DNA of 64,000 bases from assembly GCF_036971445.1 (NCBI RefSeq), contig NW_027211801.1:558001-622000 (forward strand), in the 5' to 3' direction. This document shows positions 38,111 to 52,900 of the stretch, piece by piece. The position numbers and the translations under genes were made by a program. The notes below the pieces were generated by a model, which saw only the letters and a program-made list of their open reading frames with translations, searched no databases and was not told the origin of the DNA. How positions within the stretch are numbered: position 1 is the first letter of the stretch; the number at the start of each line of letters is the position of its first letter. The stretch comes from Narcine bancroftii (taxonomy: Eukaryota).

Positions 38111-40900
38111 AAGATTTTATCAGACCATCTTAATTTTATAATGTGTTTACATGCTTTATAATTCCACTCCAATACTGGTAGTATTTCATTCTTATCCCAG
38201 TTTGCCTTGTACCCAGATAACACACCAAATTGAACTAAACATTCTTGTAAATACTTCAAAGATTGTTCTGGACGTGTCAAATAAATCAATACAACATCAG
38301 CAAATAAATTAATCTTATATTTATCATCTGCAATTTTTATCCCATTGACATTATCATTCTGTTGAATTGCCTGAGCTAATGGTTCAATGACCAACTCAAT
38401 CAAGGCTGGTGACAATGGATAACCTTGACATGTTGATCGTGTTAATTTAAATGGCAAAGTTTGGCCATTCGTCACCACCCAAGCAATCAGATTTTTATAG
38501 AATGCTTTAACCCAAGCAGTAAAATGAGGATCGAAATTTAACTTCTCCAACACCTGAAATAAAAAATTCCACTCAACCCAGTCAAATGCGTTTTCCACAT
38601 CAAGCGTAACCACCATTGGTTGGTTGGGATGCTGTCTCGATCAACGTTATCAATCTAAGAATATTATCGCATGCGCATCTGTTCTTAATAAACATGGCTT
38701 GATCAACATGCACTAACTGAGGTAAATATTTAGCAAGTCTATTTACCAATACCTGAGCTATTATTTTACAATCCACATTTAATAAAGAAATTGGTCGATA
38801 CGAAGCTACATTCAATGCATCTCTATCTTTCTTTGGAATCATTCTAATTATCGCACTCGAACAAGATTCTGGTAATGACTGTTCATCTCTTATTTGCTGA
38901 AGCATATCCATAAATGTAGGAGTCAAATCTACAGAAAACACCTTGTAAAACTCTACTGAAAATCCATCATCACCTGGTGACTTTCCATTTGGCATCTCCT
39001 GTATTGATTCCTTAATCTCAAAACGTGTAATTGGAGATTCCAATTCTTTCACTTCTTCCTCTACTAAATCCGATAAATGCAATTGAGATAAAAAGGATTC
39101 AATAGAACCATCATCCTGAATTCCCTCAGAAGGATGTTACTTCTGATAAAATGAATAAAATTGGTCATTCATTTCCTGACGTTTGAAGTAACTATTGAAT
39201 TATTTTTAACAGCGTTAATAACGCATAATAACGTTGGGTAGATCTTTGAATTAGGTGCTCATACGTTTGTAAAGAATTATAATGCAATTTCAACTTAGCA
39301 AATGCTGCTTCCCTATCTTCTGTGACCTTCTTCTGAAATTATATTTCCAACTCAGTTATTTGTTTCTCCAAAGCTAAACTTCCCACTGAATACCATTTTT
39401 TAACTTTTGTAAAATAACTAATAATTTCACCACGTAAATATGTTTTCAAAGCATCCCATAAAATAAAATTACTACGTACTGAATTAGTTCTAACCCTTTT
39501 TCCACAGCCCTTATTTAGCTGAATTAAATTCTCTACGTCTCTTAATAATTTCCTGACTCAAATCAGCATTAAAAAAAACACTCTATTGCCCTGAACTATT
39601 ATTGGAGTTTGATTCTATTGAGCCTTTTGAACACCAATCCGTAATATCATCTCCCTCTTCTGATATCTCAAACACCTTATCAAAACTGCTCGTGGTGGTT
39701 GGCCCGGAAAAGGCTTCTTCCTCAACACCCTATGCTCTCGATCCATTTCTAAACCATCCAGAAAAAAATCACTTCTCAGCACATCAGGAATCCATTCTCT
39801 CAAAAAATTTCACTGGGTCTGAACCCTCAATGTCTTCCGGAAAACCTACTATTTTGATATTATTTCTTAGGCCTTGATTTTCCAAAGAATCAATCTTCTT
39901 CAACAATTCTCTCTTCTAGATCTCCCATCCCACAAAATAATCTTCCACTTTTTCCATTTTTTCACTTTTCCGTACAACTTGATCATGAAATCATGAAAAG
40001 CCTCTTAAATTTGCAAAAAAATTATCCACCACTTTCAGATATCTATTGACATCAACTTTGACCATATCCTTATCATTCTTTACAAATGACATTTCTTCAC
40101 AAATATTATTCATTTTAACCTTCATTTCCATAAATCCTTGATTTAACTGTGTAGGCATCTGCAGCGACAAATTATCCATCTGACGAGCAACCCCTTCTAA
40201 AATAGTGAACACAGATTCAAATCCAGGCTCCCCTACTTCCCCTTGGGACCAACCTTCTTCAACCATCGCTCTCAGGTGAGATTCTTCCTGTCTTAATTCC
40301 AACAAGGCAGAACTTCCTTCTACCTCTTCATCTGCACTTGTAAAAAGACGACCAGTGCGATTGCAGAACTGCATCCCCGTCAAAAGTGAGTCGACTTCGT
40401 CAGCCTGCTGCAGTCTGGGTCTCCCCGCAGCCCACACCTTTTCTAATAAGTCCTGGATTAGCGTCGCACCTGCGCAACAAACATCATTCATCCAACTCAC
40501 CTGCATGCCTGGCTTCACGGGCGTACGTACCAGAGTCAGCTGAGCTCAAAACAATGACGGCACCATCTTGCAACTGCAAGCTAGGCGCCGGCATTATATT
40601 TAACCGACCAGGAGTACGCTGAGCCTTGGGTATTAATACTGTCGACTCCTTGGTTTCAACCTGCTGAGTAGGCCTCAATTCTTCAACACTTTTATGAGGT
40701 AATTCCTTCTGTAGTTGAGCCTTAGCTTTCTTCACATTTGCAGTCATTTTCATTCTTCACCTTTCAGACACCCTTAAAAACTATTTTATGTAACTTTCAA
40801 AACTTTTAAACTCGGGTATTAATTAGTTCAACTGGGGAGAGGTGGAACTGAACGTCCTCTTCCTATGCCATCCCGCCATGCACCCGCCCACCCCCCCCAC
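38111..40900 (-). mobile_element. L1 with 5' end and ORF1, internal deletion of the endonuclease region, RT fragment
   Basis: G-rich 5' end ...ggcgggatggcatagg about 40862-40900; ORF1 MDREHRVLRKKP..PPRAVLIR; RT KSPGDDGF, YRPISLLNVD, LFADVVL. Confidence 0.85.
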
Positions 40901-40929
40901 CCTGCCGACCTATTTTAAAAGAATGCATA

Positions 40930-43620
40930 AAGAACAGCACTGGCTCTTCAAGCGGCAAATGGAACTACCATTCCCAGCTTTGGCACACGACAGATCACAA
41001 CTCGAATATGAGGGAGCACATTCCATTGGAATTACGTCTTAGCTTCTGTTGCTCAGCCCATTTTGGGTGTGGACTTTTTACGATCCCATGACTTATTGTA
41101 GAACGTAAAATAGAAGAAATTGCTTCATGCCACCACTTTTCAGACATACCCGCTGGCATGCAGCAAAGGGAGAGTTTTCCAGCTCGGGTGCATATGCTGT
41201 ACAAAGATTCCTGTGCTGCCCTGCTCAACGAATTTCCCCCTTAAACTCACTCCTAATTTTAATGACTCTAAAACAGCCCATGGTGTGTCTGAATACATAG
41301 ACACTTCAGGCCAACGATTTATGCCAGGGCTCTTCATCCTCCAGATGATAAACAGCTGCAAGCAAAGGCAGAGTTTATGTCAATGGAGGAGTTAGGTATC
41401 ATTTGACACTCCAGCAGTCCTTGGGCATCACCATTACACCATTACATCATTACACCCAGCTGGATGGAGACCCTGCGGCAATTAATAGTGATGTTAAAAC
41501 AACAATCATTACCCCTTTCGGGCTTTTTGAATTTCTTAGATTACTGTTTGGATTGAAAAACGCCCCTCAAACCTTCCAGCGGCTGTTGGACACTTTAGGC
41601 AGGAATTTGAAGTTTATAAACATTAACTTGGATGACATCCTCATAGGCAGTCAAACTGAGCAGGGTGTCTTTCTTCATTTGCACTGACTATTCTAACAGC
41701 TGGAGGAATTCGGTCTTATCATCAGCCCTGGCAAATGTCAATTTTGCAGATCCCCCATTGACTTCCTAGGACACAAGATCACAACCGACAGTATATTCCC
41801 CTTATCCAGCAAGATAGACGCAGTCCGTGCTTTTTCCAAATCTACCACGGTTCAGGGATTGCAGAAATTTTTGGGCCTGAAAATCTTTTATTACGGGTTT
41901 ATTCCCGCAGCTACTGACATTCTTTGACTATTGTTTCAGATCCTCTCCACCAAGCACAAGGACATTACCTGGACATCAGAGGTGGAGGGTGCACTTACGA
42001 CTGCCAAAGCACCAATGCTCGCCCATCCTAAACCTGACACTACCTTGGGGTTAGCACAGATGTCTCGAGTACGGCCGTGGGTGGGGTTCTTGATCAATAC
42101 GTCAATGGCCATTATCAACCCCTCTCTTTCTTCAGCCGACATTTAAGGCCAGCGGAAGTGAAATATACTTTGTTTCTTTGGGAGCCGTTGTCATTGTATC
42201 TAGACACACGACACTTCCAATATGTTTAGGAAGTTCGACATTTCACCGTGTTTACAGATCATAAACCACTAATTTTTGCCTTCAGCAAAATAACGGATCC
42301 ATGGTCGGCAAGACAGCAGCGTCACTTATCGTAAGTTTCAGAATTCATGACGGACGTGCATCATGTTTCAGGAAAAGACAATCTCGTCATAGATATGCTG
42401 TTCAGACTGACTGTATATCATATTCAAGGTGGAATCGATATTGCTGAATTAACCAATGCACCGGGCATAGACCCCAATGTTTAGGCATACAGTACGGCCA
42501 TTACTAACCTGGACATAGAACGGGTGGCACCAAAACTGGGGTGGGCCAACCCCACTTTGTGACATGTCCTTGGGCTTCATTAAACCATTGGTTCTGGCAT
42601 CATTAAGTGGACACCTTTTTGACCAGATACATGGCTTGTCTCATCCATCCATCAGTATATCAGTCAAGCTGGACTAAAAAAAAGACATTGCTCAATGGGC
42701 ACGTACCTGCACCTCCTGCCAGACGGCAAAAATTCAGTGGCACACCAATATATCTCTTTAGTCTTTTCCAGCAGTACGCAGGAGGTTTGAACACGTGCAC
42801 GTGGAACTTGTCGGGTCATTCCCAGTATCTCAAAACATGAGATACATTCTAAGAGTGGTGGACCTTTTCACACGCTAGTCAGATGCCATCCTGTTGCCAT
42901 CCAGTGACACTGAAACATGTGCTAAGGCATTCATCGTCAATTGGATGGCTAGATTTGGTGTCCCAACACACAAGACTTCAGACCGCGGAGTACAATTCAC
43001 CTCTGCATTATGCATTGCGTTTGTGTGCTTTTGTGGCACACACCTGCACAGCACCACGGCATACCATCCACGATTCAACCCCCTTGTGGAATGATCCCAT
43101 CAGCAACTAAAGTCTGCACTTAAGTCTCAGCGGTCCCAATTGGACCATTTTCTTCGTGATTAAGGGGGACTAGGTTGTGTTTACTTTGGACATGGGGGGC
43201 AGTCGCAGCTGTTTTGTGTAGATAGACTCAAGCCTGCATATGTGGATCCAACTTCACCTATTCAATGTCCCCAGCCCAGACGGTGTGGGTGTCCACCTAA
43301 GGCACACACAACTGGTGTTTTAGATTCCCATGACCATTCTGGTTGTGTGGGGGGGGGGGGGGGGGCTGACGTAGCAGCCATGTCGTGGACCGAGCTACCG
43401 TGAATCATTGTATCGCGAACCATCGCCGGCATGGTGATCCATAATATGGAGAGCTGAATATTCACCTAATGGACCGCACGCGAGAGATACTGAGGGTCAA
43501 ACCACGGCATACTATCCACAGTCCAATGGCCTTGTGGAATGATCCCACCAGCAACCAAAGTCCGCACTTAAGGCCCGTCAATTGGGTCAATGAGTTGGAA
43601 TGGGTCTACTGGGAATGGAC
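40930..43620 (+). mobile_element. CsRn1-like Gypsy pol (RT-RH-IN) fragment, PPT and start of the 3' LTR
   Basis: TPFGLFEFLRLLFGLKNAPQTFQR..LDDILI; WMARFGVP...SDRGVQFTS; poly-G PPT about 43349-43365. Confidence 0.85.
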
Positions 43621-43624
43621 ATGT

Positions 43625-46570
43625 CCCCAAAGGAGGATTTAGGAACAAAGGAAGTCGAAACAGGAGTAGGCCAAAAATGGCCCATCGAGCCTGCTCCGCC
43701 ATTCAATACGATCATGGCTGATCTAATTTATGACCTAACTCCACCTACCTGCCTTCTCCCCATATCCCCTACTTCCTCTATCATGTAAAAATTTATCTAA
43801 CCAAATTTCAAATAGGTTTAATGAAGCAGCCTCAACCACTTCCCTGGTTAGAGAATTCCAAACATTCACTACTCTCTGGGAAAAACTATTTTTCCTCATC
43901 TCTGTCCTAAATCTACTCCCTCGAATCTTGAGACTGTGTCCTCTCATTTTAGTTTCTCCACCCAGCTCAAAATACCTTCGTATATCTATCCTATCCATAC
44001 CCTTCATAATCCTATATGTTTCTATAAGATCTCCTCTCATTCTTCTGAACTCGAGCGAATACAATCCTAGACGATTTAATCTTTCATCATAAGTCAACCC
44101 CTTCATCACAGGGATCAACCTAGTAAACCTCCTCTGAACCATCTCCAAAGCCATTATATCCTTCCTCAAATATGGAGACCAGAACTGGACACAGTACTCC
44201 AGGTGCGGTCTCACCAGTACCTTATACAGTTGCAACATTACCTCCGTACTTCTGAATTTAATTCCTCTAGCGATGAAGGCCAACATTCCATTTGCCTTCT
44301 TAATAACCTGCTGCACCTGCAACCTAACTTTTTGCGATTCATCCACAAGCACTCCCAAGTCCCTCTGCACAACAGCATGCTGTAATTTTTCACCCTTTAA
44401 ATAATGTTCAGCTCTTTTATTTTTCTTACTAAAGTGGATAACCTCACACTTACTAACATTGTACTCTATCTGCCAGACCTTTGCCCACTCATCCAGCTTA
44501 ACTATATCCCTCTGCAGACTCTCCACATCCTCATTACAATTTGCTCTTCCACTCCATTTGGTGTCATCCGCAAACTTGGCTACACCACATTTTGTCCCCT
44601 CCTCCAAGTCATCAATGTCAATGATGAACAGTTGTGGGCCAAAGACTGACCCCCACCAACCTGAAAAACTCCCATACTTCCCGACACTCTGACTCCTGTC
44701 AGACAACCAATTTTCAATCCAGGCCAATATATTTCCCCGGACTCCACTTTCCTGTAACTTACTGATAAGTCTCTTGTGCGGCACCTTATCAAACACTTTC
44801 TGGAAATCCAAATGTACAACATCAACCTGTTCCCCTCTATCCTCAAAGAATCCTAACAAGTTTGTCAAACAAGATCTTCCCTTTCTAAAACCATGCTGCA
44901 TCTGCCTGATTGAACCCTTACATTCCAAAAGTTTGACAATTTCATCTTTAATGATGGCTTCAAGAATTTTTCCAACTACAGACGTCAAGCTAATTGGCCG
45001 ATATTTTCCAGTCTTCTGCCTATATCCCTTCTTAAAAAGTGGCATGACATTTGCTGTCTTCCAGTCTGCTGGGACCTGCCCAGAATCCAAGGAATTTTGG
45101 TATATGACCACCAATGCATCAACTATAAATTTTGCCATTTCCTTCAGAACCCTTGTATGCATATCATCAGGGCCAGGTGATTTGTCTGGCTTTAGTCCCA
45201 TTAGTTTCTCCATCAGTACTTCCTTTGTAACAACTATTTTATCAAGGCCCTCCCCAACATTCATATCCTTAGCACTTGGGAATGCTGGATGTGTTTTCCA
45301 CCGTGAAGACTGACACAAAATATTTGTTTAATGCCTCAGCCATTTCCTCATTTTTTGCTACCAGTTTTCCTTTCTCATCCTCCCAGGGTCCTATGTTAAC
45401 TCTGCCCATGCTCTTCTGTTTTATATATTTATAAAATTTTTTGCTTTCTGTTTTTATATTTTGTGCCAATTTAATTTCATAATCCTTTTTCCCATTTCTT
45501 ATTACCCGCTTTGTAACCCCTTGTTGTCTCTTAAAGTTTTTCCAATCTTCCAGTTTCCCACTACACTTTGCAGCTTTGTACACCTGCGCCTTCAATTTTA
45601 TACTCTCCTTTATTTCCTTTGTTAACCACGGTTGATTTTTCCCTCCCTTGCTGCCCTTTTTCGTGACCAGAATATGTTTTTGTTGAGCATTACAAAATAT
45701 TTATTTGAAACTCTTCCACTGTTCCTCAACTGTTTCATCAATTAGCCTGTGCTCCCAGTCCACTCTGCCCAATTCCTCCCTCATCCTATGGTAGTCACTC
45801 CTGTTTAAGCATAATATATTAGTTTTAGATCTAACTATTTCTCCATCCATCTGAATGAGAAATTCAATCATACTATGATCGCTATTTCCCAGATGGTCTC
45901 TGACTATTACATCATTTACTCTACCTATCTCATTGCACAACACTAGATCCAGGAGAGCATTTTCTCTTGTTGGTTCCTTAACATGCTGCTCAAGAAAGCT
46001 ATCGCGGATGCATTCTATGAAGTCCTGTTCCAGACTCCACGACCAACTTGATTTTCCCAATCTATGTGGAAGTTAAAGTCCCCCATGATTACTACCTTAT
46101 CATTATTACATGCCTCACTTATCTCTCTATTTGTTTCCTGTGCCACTAAACTATTATTATTTGGTGGGCGATAGATAACACCCACCTATAATTTTTTCGC
46201 TTTGTTATTCTTTATCTCTACCCAAATGGACTCAACATTATTCTCTTTAGATCTTATATCATCCCTCACTACTGCCTGGAGCTCATCTTTGATTAAGAGT
46301 GCAACTCCACCTCCCTTACCATCCTATCTATGTCTTTGCAACTCCTGATACCCTTGAAAGTTTAATTCCCATTTAGGGTCACCTTGTAACCATGTTTCTG
46401 TGATGGCTACCAAATCATAGGCATGGGTACCGATTTGCGCCTCAAGTTCACTAACCTTGTTTCTAATACTGCAGGCATTCAGTGCCCTTATGTTTTTTGT
46501 CCTTTTAATATCTAGTGACTTCTATAACCTTTTCTTTTGATTTTTCTGCCCACTAATTTTCTTTGTAATT
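43625..46570 (-). mobile_element. Relatively young CR1 LINE ORF2 (EN-RT) with 3' UTR
   Basis: 527-aa ORF 43735-45318: KSPGPD, YRPISLTSVVGK, QHGFRKGRSCLTNLL, LDFQKVFDKVPH, KFADDTK; EN LGNSDHSMIEF. Confidence 0.93.
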
Positions 46571-46579
46571 TTCTTAACA

Positions 46580-48130
46580 CTGCTGGCAAGCAGATTTGCT
46601 AGAGCTGTGGGGGAAGGTTTAAACTAGTTTGGCAGGGGGGTGGGGAACAGAGTGTGAGAGCAGTGTCAAGGGAGCATGGCCACCTAAATAGGAATAGTAA
46701 CGATAACAAAGGTAGGATGGAGATTAGGGTAAAAGGTAGAAAAGAGAATATATGTGAGGGTCATTCACTGAAATGCATATATTTTAATGCAAGAAGCATA
46801 GTGAACAAGGTAGATGAGCTTAGAGCATGGACAGATACTTGGGGTCATGATATTGTGGCAATTAGTGAGACCTACCTACAGGAGGGGCCGGACTGGCAAC
46901 TTAATATTCCAGGATACATTTGTTTTAGATGTGATAGATCAGGGGATAAAAATGTGAGAGGAATTGCTCTGATTGATAAGGAGGACATTACTGCCGTGAG
47001 GTGGCAGGATGGTATGGAGGGATAGTCCAGTGAGGCAGTTTGGGTGGAATTGAGGGGTGAAGGATGCATGAGAGTGCTAGAAGGGGTGTATCACAAACCA
47101 CCAAAGGGGTCAAGAAAATTTGAGGAACAAATTTGTAGGGAGATAAGGTATATGTGTGAGAATCATAAGGTAGTAATCATGGGAACAAAGATTAGCGTAT
47201 ACAGAACCATTGTCATACCCACACTCCTGTTCAGCTCCGAATCATGGGTCCTCTACCGGCATCACCTACAGCTCCTAGAACGCTTCCACCAGCGTTGTCT
47301 CCGCTCCATCCTCAACATTCATTGGAGCGACTTCATCCCTAACATCGAAGTACTCGAGATGGCAAAGGCCGACAGCATCGAATCCACGCTGCTGAAGATC
47401 CAACTGCTCTGGGCAGGTCACATCTCCAGAATGGAGGTCCATCGCCTTCCCAAGATCGTGTTATATGGCAAGCTCTCCACTGGCCACCATGACAGAGGTG
47501 CACCAAAGAAGAGGTACAAGCACTGCCTAAAGAAATCTCTTGGTTCCTGCCACATTGACCACCGCCAGTGGGCTGATATCACCTCAAACCGTGCATCTTG
47601 GCGCCTCACAGTTTGGCGGGCAGAAACCTCCTTTGAAGAAGACCGCAGAACTCATCTCACTGACAAAAGACAAAGGAGGAAAAACCCAACACCCAACCCC
47701 AACCAAACAATTTTCCCCTGCAACCGCTGCATCTGTGTCTGCCTGTCCCGCATTGGACTTGTCAGCCACAAACAAGCCTGCAGCTGACGTAGACATTACC
47801 CCTCCATAAATCTTCATCCGCGAAGCCAAGCCAAAGAAAGATAAGGTAGTGATCATGGGAAATTTTAACTTCCCTCACATTGATTGGGATACCCATACAG
47901 TAAGTGGGTTGGATTGGCTAGAGTTCGTTAAATGTGTTCAAGATTGTTTTCTAAATCAATTAGTAGAAGAACCAACTCGGGACGGTGTAATACTGGATCT
48001 CCTGTAAGGGAACGAGCTAGGTCAGGTATCGGACATTAATGTTGGAGAACAAATTTGGTCTAGTGATCATAACTCTGTTACTTTTGGGTAGTTTTAGGGA
48101 AGAACAAGGAGGGGCCTAAAGTTGAGTTTC
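46580..48130 (+). mobile_element. CR1 ORF2 endonuclease fragment, split by an RTE
   Basis: CIYFNARSIVNKVDEL..DIVAISET; continues at 47841 with MGNFNFPHIDW. Confidence 0.85.
47186..47840 (+). mobile_element. RTE LINE, 5'-truncated, with a 20-nt TSD
   Basis: TSD ataaggtagt(a/g)atcatggga at 47165-47184 and 47841-47860. Confidence 0.93.
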
Positions 48131-49984
48131 TGCCTTCCTTCCCCTTCAGGCATGTTTCGGGGATATTTGTTGCTTCTTAAAGATGTCCCATTTTCTGGTT
48201 TCCGACTCTTAGCAACTTTGTGTGATTTGGTTTGATGCCATCCTTTATTTCACTGGTTATCTATGGCGACCTGTTCTCACACTTACTGTCCTTGCATTTT
48301 GCCTGAAAACACACTTAATGAGAAGCACGTTGCAAATCCTCCACTGTTCCACCATGTTCGTTCCATGTCGCCTCCCTTATCAGTGCAGCCTGGCCAAAAC
48401 ATCCCTCATCCCCGGTAGAAGGTCTTTCTTTCGGTGTCCACAGTGGTTTCAGTCCTAACTTTGTCCCATGCATTTGTATGGAAAACACTTTCACAATTTC
48501 ATCAATCTTCCCAAAAGACAATTCCAAACTTTACAATCGCGAAATAGACCTGTCTCATTGACTGGCTCAACTTCACGATGGTTCCTCACTGTTTTTGGCC
48601 CATACAGAATGTTTCCAAGATTTTGGCTCTTTCTGAAGCAGAGACCTGACCGGCCAGAATCTGCCATCTCCCCCCTCCGCCTGCCTGAAGTGATCTTCTC
48701 TCTAAAATACTATCATCTTTCTGTTCCTTCTTTTCAGTTTGTATCCCATCTTCTCACATTCCCTGGTTGTGCCTCCGTCGTTGATGACCCCATGGTTCAC
48801 AGTCATTGGATCTTTGCACTTCAACTGAAAATTCCTCAGTGCGTTAGATCAGATGTCCCGAACCAGGGCACCATTGAGGCAATGCTGCCTTCCGAACGCT
48901 CTCTCCCTGCCACAGAGTGCTGCTTGAGATTGCCCTATTGCATTATACACAATTACAACTACATCTCTCTTTCTATTCCCCCCTCCCCCCTTGAATGGCT
49001 CCCCGAATCACAGTGTCCACATTGGCCGCTTATCCTTCCTGCCCCGACCACTCCTATCCACACAAAAGGAATGAATCACAGTGATGTGAGTCATGTTTAA
49101 GGCCCAACCCTCCTCCAGCTCCGTCCCTTGCATCACACTACCTGCCTCACTAGCCGACTCCAAGTCTTCTCCACGATCCCTGGCCGAATTTGAGACAGCT
49201 ATTCAAATATCTGGAACAGCCTCTTGAGTCAAATTGCCCAGTTTGTGAAGCGTGGATAAAAGTTCATTAATGTTATTCTTGAATTCTTCCAGAAGCAACC
49301 ACTTCCTTCTGATGTGGTCATTCGTATCCACAAAGCAATCCAACTGCTCACACACCATGCAGGTTTAACAAATCACTTGGTATGGCAGGCCTACTTTATT
49401 CATGACCTCTGAATAGATGAGCTTTATATAACCAGTCCAAAAGCATTCCTTGCACCGCCCCAGCGCCGCCTCGCCGGAGGTTTGTGGGCGAAAGCATCAA
49501 ATTCCTTCTCCTCCCCTGATCCACTCACACCCTGGCCGCTCTACAATCAACGCTCACCTTGAGTATCCCCACAATTCGTCCACCACAGACCATGAGTCAA
49601 TGGAGGAATTGAACCCAGCATTGATATTTCCACTGCAAAATAACAATGGATCCCGAATGTATTTCACCCCTGGAATTCATTCCAAATATGACCTGCCCAT
49701 AACCTAAATTGTCCAAATTTAGGACATTGCCAAGTTAAATGTAAAAAAGATGCAATCTCAGAAATACACCAAACACATATATCTGATATGGCAGGAATTA
49801 GTCTATTTAATTTTTGTGGAGTCAAATATAATTGATGTAAAAATGATATTGAATCAACCGATATATTTTAATTTAAACAGGCAGGTTGAAATTAAGCCTT
49901 ATGAATGCTCCGTGAATTCCGGCAAGAGACTCGATTCATTAGGTGAGTATTCAGCTGTCGTTATTATATTTCCACACACCCGCA

Positions 49985-52900
49985 GAATCATGCCGGTCAT
50001 GGTTCGCCACACCGTGCTGCACGCTTCTTCGGCCCACTACACGCCCACAACTTCTGCCACCCTCCTCCCCCCTCAGAATCATCACCGTAAACTAAAACAC
50101 TAGTTGCGTGTGCCTAAGATGAACGTCCATGCTGTCTGGGTTGGGGGCATTGAATGGGTGAAGTAGGATCCATTAGGGCAGGCTTGAGTCTTTCTCCACT
50201 AAACAGCTGCAAATGCCCCCCAATGTCCAAAGTAAACACAACCCAGTCCCCTGTAATCACGCGGTAAGGGCTTTCATATGGTCATTGTAATGGAGCTCCT
50301 GGGGCCTGTCTGCGTGCAAAAACAAAATCAGTGTCCAGGAGCGGTGGGGGCACATGTTGTTTAGGGGATCCATACCAGTTGGTAGGAACAGGTTTGCTGC
50401 TGGTGATACCACATCAAAGCGACTGAAGGTCATCCAGGTCAGAGTTGGTTGCGAAATAGAACTGTAAGGACTGTACCATCAACCATCTCCGCAGATGATG
50501 CAGACAAATCCTCCTTTGGGGTCGTGCGCACTCCCAGGAGAACCCATGGCAACTCATCAACTCAATTGGAACCAGTGAGTTGGGTCTTGAGTGCAGAATT
50601 AAGTTGCCAGTGGAAACATTCCACAAGGCCGTTGGACTGAGGATGGTAGGCCATCGTGTGCTTCAGATGTGTGACATAAAAGCACGCAAAGAATTCTGCT
50701 CCACGGTCTGAAGTTATGTGCGTTGGGACACTAAATCTAGCGATCTAATTGACGATGAATCCCCTAGCTCATGTTTCAGTGTCACTGGATGGCAACTGAA
50801 TGGCCTCTGGCCCGCACATGAAACGGTCCACCTCTGTTATAACGCATCTCATGTTTTGAGATACTGGGAATGACCGGACAAGGTTCACGTGCACGTGTTC
50901 AAATCTCCTGCGTACCACTGGAAAGGACTGAAGAGGAGTCTTGGTGGGCCGCTGCATTTTAGCCACCTGGCAGGAGGTGCATGTATGTGCCCATTGAGCA
51001 ATGTCTTTTTTTAGTCCAGGCCATATGTATTTATGTGACATAAGCTTGACTAATGTTCAATTGGACAGATGAGAGAAGCCGTGTATCTGGTTGAAAAGGC
51101 GTCGCCTCAATGATGCCAGAATCAATGTCTAGGGTAGCCTAAAGACATGTCACAATGTAGGGTTGGTCCACCCCAGTTGTGGTGCCACCCATTGTATGTC
51201 CAGGTTAGTAATGGCCGTACTGCATGCCTGAACATCAGGGACTATGGCCTGTACAATAGTCAATTCAGAAATATTGATTCCACTCTGAATATGATATACT
51301 GTCAGCCTGGACAGCATATCTGTGATGAGATTGTCTTTTTCAGAAACATGGCACACGGCCATTGTGAATTCTGAAACTTACGATAAGTGACGCTACTTTA
51401 TTGACGACCATGGATCTGTTATTTTCCTGAAGGCAAAAATTAATGGCTTTCAATCTGTAATCACAGTGAAATGTCGACCTTCCTAAACATATCGGAAGTG
51501 CTGTGTGGCTTGATAAAATTCCAAGAGATTCCAATCAAGCGTACTGTATTTCACTTCCGCTGGCCTTAAATGTTGGCTGAAGAAAGCGAGGGGTTGATAA
51601 TGTCCATTGACGTACTGGTCAAGAACCGCACCCATGGCCGTACTTGAGACGTCTGTGCTAACCCCAAGGTAGCCTCAGGGTTAGGATGAGTGAGCATTAT
51701 TGCTTTGGTCAATGCCTCTTTGGAAGTCTTAAATCCAGCCTCCACCTCTGATGTCCAGGTAATCTCCCTGAGCTTGGTGGAGAGGATCTGAAACTGTGGT
51801 CGAAGAATGTCAACAGCTGCAGGAATAAACCAGTGATAAAAGTTTATCAGGCCCAAAATTTTTTGCAGTCCCTTCACCGTGGGAGGTTTGGAAAAAAACA
51901 CAGAGAGCGTCTACCTTGCTGGATAAGGGGAATATATCTTCGGCTGTGATCTTGTGTCCTAGGAAGTCGATGGGGAATCTGCCAAATTGACATTTGCCAG
52001 GGTTGATGATAAGACCGAATTCCTCCAGCTGTTGGAAAAGGCGGCACAAATACAGGTGGTGATGCTACTCAGTTTAACTGGCAATGAGGATGTCATCCAA
52101 GTAAATGTTTATTAACTCCAAATCCCTCCCTAATGCCTCCATAAGCTGATGGAAGATTTGAGCGGTGTTTTTCCATCCAAATGTTATTCTAAGAAATTCA
52201 AAAAGCCCAAGGCAGTAATGATTGCTATTTTAGGAATGTCATCCTGATGGACTGGCATTTGATGACATCGCTTAACCACATCAACTTTGGAAAAAATGCG
52301 ACAATTGTGTGGAAAGGCAGCGAAATTCTGTATATGAGGAATTGGGTACCTGTCGGGGGTAGTAACATCATTGAGCCTACGGTAATCACCTCAGGGTCAC
52401 CATCCACCTGTTTTGTTGAGTTCCAAATGATACCCAACCCCTCCATTGTCTTAAATTCTGCCATTGCCTGCAGCAGTTTATCAGGTGGAAGACGATGAGC
52501 CCCGACTTGAATCGGTGGGCCTCAGTGTCTATGTAATGAGACACACCATGGCCTGTTATTGAGGCATTTGAATTAGGAGTGAGAATGCGGGGCAATTCTT
52601 TGAGCAGGGCAGCAAAGACATCTTTGTACAGCATGTGTACCCCGAGCTGGGAAACTCTCCCTTTGCTGCATGCCAGCGGGTATGTCTGAAAAGTGGCGGA
52701 ATCAACCAATTTCCTTCGTTTCACATCCACCAGTAAGTCATGGGATCGTAAAAAGTCTGCATCCAAAATGTGCTGAGCAACAGAAGTTAAGACGCATTTC
52801 CAATGGTATGTGGTCCCTCCTATTCCAATTGTGATCTGTCGCGTGCCAAAGCAGGGCATAATACTCCCATTTGACGCTTGAAGAACCACGTGTTATTTAT

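Noticed and set aside
37930-38616. 228-aa ORF
   Set aside because: L1 RT fragment reading through into antisense ORF1 sequence across a junction at about 38110
43735-45318. 527-aa ORF as a domesticated RT
   Set aside because: Ordinary CR1 ORF2 with internal deletions in the RT and upstream frameshifts
47044-47787. 247-aa ORF as a novel gene
   Set aside because: Chance in-frame fusion of CR1 endonuclease codons with an RTE insertion bounded by a 20-nt TSD
48468-49100. 210-aa ORF
   Set aside because: No recognisable domain; it overlaps what appear to be antisense decayed CR1 fragments
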